Source: Chrysomallon squamiferum (lineage: Eukaryota; Animalia; Mollusca). Taken from it: DNA of 64,000 nt. Below, one piece after another: positions 55,190-64,000 of the stretch; position 1 is the first letter of the stretch, and each line of letters starts with the position of its first letter. Made by a program: the position numbers and the translations under genes. The notes under the pieces are model-generated. The model searched no databases. It worked only from the letters and a program-made list of their open reading frames with translations, and was not told where the DNA came from. The stretch lies in NCBI GenBank assembly GCA_012295275.1, contig CM022670.1:124001-188000 (forward strand). The letters run 5' to 3'.

Positions 55190-55285
55190 ACAGACAGACA
55201 CAGAGATGGATAGACAGACAGGCAGACATAGGGATGGATAGACAGACAGGCAGACATAGAGATGGATAGACACACAGAGACATAA
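55190..55285. repeat. 28-bp tandem repeat (gatggatagacagacaggcagacata(g/a)), about 3 copies
   Basis: Seen directly. Confidence 0.85.
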
Positions 55286-55718
55286 TATATGGAGTGAGAG
55301 AGAAAGAGAGAAAAGAAAACATCACAAAAGTGATAACAGGAGAGAGAGTGAGAAAGAGTCCAGGAATAATGCATCTACAAAGCAAATTAAAAATGACTAA
55401 CTGTGTATATTACAAACCACAGTAATGTGACTTTATTTCAAACAGGCATCTGTTTAGTTATGTATTCGACTCTTACAAATGGTTTTGTATTAAATGCTCA
55501 AATATAAAATACAGTCCATTGTTAAATCAAACAAACTCATTTAATACATTTTATTTTGATTAATATTTTTTTCACCTTCATGTAAACCTCAAAGAAACTT
55601 CCATTCAAAAACAAGCATCCTGTAACATCTGACATCACATTTCATTAGTGGATTGTGGCCATTTTAAATGAGCTTCATTCCACTGTGGGATATAACGTAC
55701 ACATCTCTGAGAGCTTCT

Positions 55719-55800
55719 CTTTGTGTGTTTGATGGATTAATCTGAATTAATGAACTGGCCATTATGCATATAGCATAAAATATTTAACAGCAAAACAAAA
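55719..55800. promoter_or_regulatory. Candidate enhancer module, copy 2
   Basis: ctttgtgtgtttgatggattaatYtgaattaatgaac is shared with copy 1. Confidence 0.45.
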
Positions 55801-56749
55801 CAAAAGTCAATAAACTAATTGTGTAATTGGTTGCCATGTAATATCAAAATTAAAAAGAAATCCAGAGAGGGTCAGAGGGAGAAAAATGGAAGATATTTGG
55901 ATGAGATATAAAATACTACTACTACTACTACTACTACTACTAATAATTTTAATAATAATTTTAATAATAATAATAATAACAACAACAATAAAATTTACAT
56001 GATTTTATTTGGGGTTGTTTTTTTTTTTTTTCTCTTTATCTAAACTTTTTTATTTTTTTGTATGCTGCTGAAGCCATCCTTCCATAATCATACACTTCTG
56101 TGTTTTTCACAATCACAAACGGCTTTCTTTCATTTAAAATTTTTTGGAATTTAAGATAATTATACCCATGAAATGCAGGTTTTGTTGAAGAAGGTACTTT
56201 GAATATAAATTTAATCATCTCCACAAAAGGTACACATATTTCACTGATTCACACTCATGCAAAAGGCATGATTTAACAGTGGAATAGTTTGAACATGTAG
56301 TCAGTCTCTTTTAATCCCAGCACTGACCTTGAACTGGTTTCAAAGCACTTGACACTGGCTGAACATTGTAATGTTTACAGCATGTGTGATTACACAAAGA
56401 GTTATATCACAGTTTTTGTCTTGAAGCTGGGTGGACAATAAATTCCTGTATAACACACAGAGCTGTGATGTATTAACTACATGTTGATGAGCTGATTGTT
56501 TTCCACTGTCCACTGTAAAATGGCAACATAAGAACTGTTGACAAGAGCTCCAATGGGTCTCTTGCCCACTACTTATGTAACCATGGATGCCAGCTGGTGT
56601 CCACTTGTCCGTTCAATAACCTGCCAAGTTCTGAGTGCTGATACTACAGTATCAAGTGTATCTGTTATTACATAAACTAGTGATAACCTCATTAGAGTTC
56701 CCAGAGTCCAGTGTTTGTCCATAGATTACACCAGCTGCTGGGTTTTTTC

Positions 56750-57030
56750 TCATTGTACAGTGGTCAGGGGTCAAGGGTTATTTGTACTTAACATTCAATA
56801 TTTGCTATTGTCCAGTGGTCAGTTGTATATAATATTCAGTATTTCTCATTGTCCAATGGTCAGTATGTATGTTATATTCAATCTCTTTGATTGTCTAGTG
56901 GTCAGAGGTATATAACATTCTATGTTTTTGATTGTGCTGTAGCCAGATAAAGTACTGTATTCAGTGTTTGGTAGTCCAGTGATCTGTCCTGAGTGATAAT
57001 GTTTCAGACTGTCCAGTGTTTGTAGGTAAT
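56750..57030. repeat. Degenerate ~41-bp tandem repeat anchored on tgtccagtggtcag, about 6-7 copies
   Basis: Recurrent tgtacagtggtcag / tgtccagtggtcag / tgtccaatggtcag / tgtctagtggtcag. Confidence 0.75.
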
Positions 57031-58048
57031 GTTCAGGTTTTTACTTTAAGAGAACTGTTCGAGCATGCCTGACGTGGGTACAGTACAGCCTTGCTATCAG
57101 ACTACAATGAAAAGGTAGTTTTGATTAATACAGAAATGCAATATTCACCAGCAATAGATCAGAAAATTGTTCAAGCATGCCTAGCAGTGTCAGGAATTCA
57201 GCAGGGAGTTAACATGTAATTCTAATACTCTATTGAGACATGATGATTAATGCATATTATGTAGTATTATGGGGCTGTAGTATTAATGCATTATCAGCAT
57301 TAAGTGATTCAAAATGCTGTTAAACACTGGGGCATGCTCTTGGGATTTCTTGGGATTTTTTAGGTGTTTTTTTAAAGTTCTGCTGCCAACAGGTAACAGA
57401 TATTTTACTTCCTTTTTGATAAATTATGATTAATACATGATGCAATGGGCATTTATTTTATTTTATTTAGGTGTTTTTTGGTTTTTTTTAATTAATATAT
57501 TTTTTTTTTTTTTATTTAGGTTTTCTTTTATTATTAATGTTTTTTTTTTTTTATTTAATTTTTTTATTATATTAATTATTATTATTATTATTATTATCAT
57601 TATTATTATTATTTTTGTTTTGTTTTGTTTTGTTTTTTTTGTTTGAGGGGGTGGAAGGGCTTTGTCAAAACTTATAATATTTTTTATTTTCCCTCAGAAA
57701 TAATCTTTCTCCGATTTCAAAAACAACTTCCAGTTAATTAACGATTTTCGTTTGTTGGTATTCTCAAAGTATCAAGTTTAGAGTATTAGCTGAAAATTAA
57801 TATCCACTATCGTGACTACATACCCAAACGGTTTCCATGTAGAAAATAAATTAAGAAGTGCTATCGATCTGGCATAGAAAGGTTTCCTTCTGTCCTTGTA
57901 TCAATATACTAACAACTACATTTGAACTGTTTGAATCTCATCTTAATGTCAGTATCAAGTGTACTTCAAATAGCCATGTGCTGTTATAGTAATTCCTTTC
58001 TGTGATATTTATTTATACGGCCGGTCACTGATCAATAGCAAGTGAAGG

Positions 58049-58062
58049 CCGCCACCTACTGG
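58049..58062 (-). promoter_or_regulatory. CTCF-like binding motif CCAGTAGGTGGCGG inside a CpG-rich island (~57700-58300)
   Basis: Matches the CTCF core consensus CCASYAGRKGGCRS. Confidence 0.55.
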
Positions 58063-58365
58063 AGCGTGCTTCAAACTGTCATGCGAGACCCTTCCTGTTG
58101 ATTACGTGAGCCGACATGACAGCCTGGCGTCTACGAGAATGAGGTGTAATAATAAGGTATCGCCCGTTATCCGTAATCATTCATACGGACGCACTTTGTT
58201 TTTAATAAGAAGTCAGAATCGTGCGCTCTTACTTCATTATTGTTATGACATTTGACATTATTTCCAGACTCGTTTCTCATTACGTTTTTCCACACTAGGT
58301 GGGAAATAAGAGAATTGCTCCTACAATGACACTGCCAATTATTTATATATAAGCAATGTAATGAT

Positions 58366-58382
58366 ATAATAATAATAATAAT

Positions 58383-58442
<60 letters not shown>

Positions 58443-58448
58443 AATAAT
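58366..58448. repeat. (AAT)n(AAC)n microsatellite
   Basis: Seen directly. Confidence 0.95.
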
Positions 58449-60004
58449 ATATAAAAGAATAGTAAGTCATTTTGGTAAACGTTATTTTGTAACTTGTGGG
58501 TCAAGTTCATGATTCAGAGAGTAAAGTTCAATGTCATATTTTAGATCACAAGGTCACGATTCAGTAGCCAAGAAAAGGGAATAATATAGATCAAAAGTTT
58601 AAATATTTTCAGGATAACGTTTTCAAATGATTTGTTTCTCCATGTTTATTTGGGATAGCACATACCTTGGATATTTATGTTTCAAAATGTTTCATATTAA
58701 TAAATAAAGCTTGTTAAATAGTTTCAAACATTATTTCGTAAGCTGCATGAAAGTTAACATGCTGAAGCAAGATCCATGTTATCCAACAATTGAAATTTTA
58801 CAGTTCTACTAGCTGATTTAAAAAAATAAAATAAAAAAATAAAAAACCCAGAGAAACTGAACAGAATATTAACATTTACTGTAACACAACATTACTACAC
58901 TCTGACCATTAAACCTACACACATACTGGAGTGATCAGAGCAAAGTCCTGTGAACTGTAAATCCGTCTGTATCGGCTGCTGTCCACTCAAACCAGGCTCA
59001 CAACTCTAACGAAGAGGCTAAGTCAATCATACCTGTACAGTGAGTTTGAGTGACAGGTCAATCAGCTCACTCTCCTCATCACATCAATTACACATCTTTA
59101 TGACAGTGTCTACTCGAGGATGAATCTAATTCATTCTCATCTATGCCCAAGGCCAAGTTAAAAAAAATATATATCTGTTTATATGTTAGTTTGATTTTCA
59201 ACTTGTAATTTTTTTTATTTATTTTTTTCAATCACTGATTACTAAAAATGATGAGATTACTATGGCAATTTCCTGATTTTGCTAAAACGGGCATTAACAA
59301 TTGGTAGGCAGCAGTGTGTTCGTGGTACCAATATGGCTGACATTTCCTGTCTGCCAAGCAATCATTGCACTGAGCATGGAAAATTGCAATCATTTTACTG
59401 GATGTAAATGTAAAATGTTCATGGATTTGTTTTGATAACAAGGATTACCTTTTGTGCAGAGAGTGGGCAATTTTCACCACACGTTCACTTGTTTTTGCAT
59501 TTATGGACACGATTGCTGTATTGATGTGCAGTGGTTAAAAAAACAACAACATGAATTTTGTGTTTCCTTACTTCAGACCGGTTGACAAAACTGATTTTGT
59601 AATTATAATAACTAAGATTAAAGATTTCTGATAACTGACGTTTTCTATTTCGTGTTTCTTTCGGTGTTCTTATACAAACACTCTCTGGCATTGCATGCTA
59701 CAGTTAATGGAAGTAAAGAAAATAACTTGCTTGTGTTTTTTTTAATTGTTGATGTTTTTACTTTCTGTCTTTCTGACTGACACAAACATTTGGTTAAGAT
59801 TAAGCAAGTTAAAGAAGAGTAAAAATCAAAGTTGACACTCAAGATTGTTACAGATATCGTTTGCTTTTACTGTGGCAGATCTTTTTTACCTTCCTTTTTT
59901 TAAAAAGTAAATGCAAATAAGACAAAGTAGTAATGTAAAAATATTTATATTTTTATTATTTTTCCAATGTATAATATTAAATGGTGGTTAGTTAAAAGAA
60001 TCCT

Positions 60005-60128
<124 letters not shown>

Positions 60129-61104
60129 GTTATAATGATTACCCATAAACCTTAAAAATCTAATTCCATCACACTCTACATTTAAAAATCAAAATTTTAT
60201 TCACATACTATCAGCAGAACATCTTCAGCATTTTATTGCATGTTCAGGAAATTAGTCTATTGAATTTTCAGACCCATTAGCTCAATTTAGTTTTGTTCAT
60301 TTGTTTGAAAATATTGAGTACTTTATCTTTGTTCAGAAATTGTTCTTATCAGGTGAATCTGCCCCAAATAATTCAATAATCACTGAAATACTTTTTTCTT
60401 TTTCTGCTGCACTAACAATGCAGACATTCTCTTCCTGTAATTCAAAGTGTGGATAAAAAAGTTTGATTTTATTATAGATAATAAAAAATGAATATACATA
60501 TTGATCAATTTATTTACATTTTATTTTTGTTCTGTGTTTTAGAATAACCCCCCCCCAGGAAAACATTATTATGTTATATTATTATATGATTGCTTGATGT
60601 CTGGGATGGAAAATATATGTATATTCATCAGCTTTATGCTTGTAAAAAAAAAACTTGCATATTTATATTAATAAAATAATGCACATGTACATACAGATTT
60701 GCATTCAGAAATAAAAACATGCATACATATACACTGACAAAGAAAATAAAAATATTTTCTTCATTTGAATTCTTATGAATTACTTTTAAAGCAAATCAAA
60801 ATCTTTAACCTTTGAAGTCAAGCTACCATGGCCAGCTGTTAAGCTTTGACCTTAAGATGGGTAGATAATGGGATCAAATCTTTGTTCTGACTCCAGATAT
60901 CTCTGCCTGATATTCTAAAATGCTAATTGACCAAGAAAAACATGCTTGAACTTTTAGAATAAATATATTTAAAATGATTAAGTAATAATATTTTAAATTG
61001 GTTAAAAAAAATTCTTTAGTATTATTATTATTTTTTTTTTTTTCCTCTACTTATTTAACTGTTGAACCAGAAACTGTAACTGGAAATAAGCAGATGACAC
61101 AGCA

Positions 61105-61170
61105 TGGAGAGTCGAACTCATTACCATTGATTCACAGGTCATGATTCTAATCACCAAGTTACATCAACTC
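61105..61170 (-). mobile_element. tRNA-like head relic (SINE or tRNA pseudogene)
   Basis: Reverse complement gatgtaacttggtgattagaatc...gagttcgactctcc has A-box-like and GTTCGA B-box elements. Confidence 0.45.
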
Positions 61171-61504
61171 CCACACACCTCAGGAACAAGTTATAAAAAT
61201 TATATTTCATCCATTTCATATCCGGAATTATAAAAAGAAAATGTATGGGGAAAACAAAATAATAATAAAAAAGGGGGAACTGTATTAGGGTCAATTGATT
61301 TTACGTCTTGTTGAAATGTGAGAATGCTTCCAGGAATTACTTGTCTTGCTTCTGAAAGAGAAAACTGCTATTTGTGCCTATGTTTGGTCAGCCTGACTTT
61401 GAAATCAGTCATGTTTGATGTGTAATTGGAGTCATTTCCCTTGAGATACGAGCAACAGGAACCATTACTCATGAGTGAACTGTGAAAGATCTTTAGAGTC
61501 ACGG

Positions 61505-61795
61505 TACTCATCATCTGAGTTTATCATCTCAAAGTTCATCATACCTATGTTAATCATCTCTGAATACAATATCCTTGAGTTTTATCTGTGAGTTCATCAT
61601 CATTTTACAGTTTCTGTGTTCATCATCTCCCAGTCCATCATCTTTGAGTTTTATCATCGGGTGACTTCCTTTTCTTTGAATTTTATCTAAATTCATCATC
61701 AGATTTGATCATCTTTATCATTTAAGTGTATATATTTTTATCAATATTATAATCTCTGAATTCATCATCTGTTTTGTCATTTGTGATTCATCTAG
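61505..61795. repeat. Degenerate tcatcatctgagtt-type short tandem repeat
   Basis: Recurrent ttcatcatc motif. Confidence 0.6.
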
Positions 61796-64000
61796 ATTAG
61801 TGACAGGTTGAAGCGTTGTTGTTTTAATTCCAGTTTTAATCAGCTGAGCACCACTGGTCCTGTTTACACATTTCACCTCTCTACATGATGTCTGTCTGCC
61901 ACTGATCTCTGTCTCCAACAAAAATTTCTATTACTCATCTTCAATTTCCAGACATTGTATACATTTGTATACTTCTGTATAACTGTTTTACTTGTTTGAA
62001 AGTGAGAGCAATCTTTGCTAACAATAAAGTAAGACAAAAATGTGACAAGCCTGCAAAGAAATTTAGAGCTGACATTTTCCCTTCTTTCTCATGTATTCAA
62101 AACATCACGTCCTGCATAGAAATGTACACAAATCTGACAGATTGATTGCCAAAGATTCATTCAGTCAGATGTAGGTAAACCTGAAAGGTTTGTCTACATA
62201 CTAAAAGTATTTCACTCAACAATGCTGTTTTGAATTGCAAAGATATATTTGAGGAATGTTATCAGGCCATCAAATGTGCAGATACAACCCTTTAAAAATG
62301 ATAATAAAAACAAAAGTAGATGAACGATATTTCATTTAAATGAATTTTTTACCATCAGCATATTAAATTGTATGGATTAGTTATTGTCTTCTATATTAGC
62401 AAATAGAGGGAAAACCTGTTGTATTTAATTTGCAAGGAATTTTTTTTTGTCAAACTAATTTTGAAATGTGATGTGTGGTTTATTATTAGCATACGTGTAC
62501 ACATTCACAACTCAAATGACAAATACTGCAGCAAGATATTACTAGATATTTTAAAAGACACTGATGTTTCTTTGAAGAATCATTTTGTGTTTTTATTACA
62601 ATAACAGTCAATTTGAAATGGATGATCAAAATGTTATCTGAGTTTTATTGTGGAGATTCTTGTCTGGGTTTATTTTAAGTTTTTTTTTTCTTTCAAGTTT
62701 TATTATTTTAGTGTTTTTCTTTTATCTCTTGTTTTCTTGTTTATCTAAAATTTCTACAGCTATTACCTGACAATACAGGAATTGTAAGATACATTTAATG
62801 TATTTTACACAATGAGAATTTTATGCATTCCAAAGCTTTTTGAAAATATTTAATTATTAAGTTTATCATTAACATCATCACCATGATCATTATTATTATT
62901 TGTTTTAATTTATTTATTTTATCAGTTAGTTGTTTGGATTCTATTTTTCTAACATATCATTTTATTTAATCTTGATATTTTTCCTTTGAGGATAGTACCC
63001 CATTGTACCCCAGTATCCAGTGAGCATTCTGTAACACATAGTTTTTATTATTTATTATTATTATTATTATTTTAATGCTGGTTTCCTGAGTTGTATTTAT
63101 AACACTGACAACCGGAGTCGAGAGATCTCACAGTTGAAAACAATTTTAACACCCGCTGGACAAGTCCGATGACAGAATCAGTAAAACATGTTATCACTTT
63201 TCAACCGGAAATTCCTATTACTCAACTTTAATTTCCGGACAATGATGTTTTATCTCCCCATTGAAGTTTTATCTAGCGAGTTTTATGTGTCTGATAGCGA
63301 CTAGTGGGGAAATCCATCATATATTTTCATGTCAGAGGTTAAGCTCTTTGTCAATACAGGAGCAGTGGCGGTGTTTATAGATAAGATCTGAGGTACACTT
63401 AGCTGACGTTCCCATCTTTTGTTTCCTGTGTTGAGGAATAGTGTAGCAGGTTTGTGAGTGGGTGTGGGGGTGGCGAGAGTATATTCGTGGGTGTGGGTAG
63501 TTTGCTCTCAAAATGTTTCATTTGGCAGAGCCATTCTGTGTTTGCTTGTGTAAAGATCAGTCTAAACATATCTTGTAATAGCATTCTAGTATGTTTAAAT
63601 ATAATAACAACAACAACAACAATAGCTAATAATAATGACAATGGTAAAGAAAGCAAATAATAATAATGTAGTAGGAAGCTAAGTATAATTTTAAGCTGTG
63701 TGAAAGCAAAGTAAAGTACATTTACATTATATTAGCATGGTACATTGAGCAGAACATGAATACAAACTTAGAACTTAATTGAATGTCATGCATATCTGAA
63801 AAATCTAATGCTAATGGAAGTTTGGGGATTTTTTTCATGGTACACTAACTTGAGAAACATTTTGATTTATATTTTAATACAAGGACAGATCTAGGATTTC
63901 AGAAAGGGGGTAAAAGGATATATTTTATTATTTTAAAAATTATTAGGTCACAAAAAAGGGATATATTGTCTTTTTGTCCATCCTTAGAATAAATAACTAA

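Overview
AT-rich, intron-containing animal genomic DNA with many microsatellites and decayed tRNA-headed SINE-like relics. A lophotrochozoan, possibly gastropod, origin is my inference. Positions 1.6-12.8 kb on the minus strand hold a complete kinesin-2 motor subunit gene, KIF3A. I spliced it by hand into 17 coding exons, all GT-AG with consistent phases, giving 696 aa. Its longest intron contains a strong 12-nt microexon candidate (adds GDES) at the junction where vertebrate KIF3A has a 9-nt microexon. Its 3' end shows a UGA-C stop inside a long predicted stem, five more in-frame UGAs before the first UAA, and several miR-2/K-box sites. In the remaining ~50 kb I recognise no protein-coding gene. 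It looks like a gene desert or giant intron with mini/microsatellites, SINE relics and islands of complex, CpG-retaining sequence, including a duplicated Sox/Pbx-Hox/Otx-type module and a CTCF-like motif. Most ORF-track entries are repeat artefacts. There are no rRNA, intact tRNA or CRISPR features, and I cannot support a wholly new multi-gene system; the best leads are regulatory.
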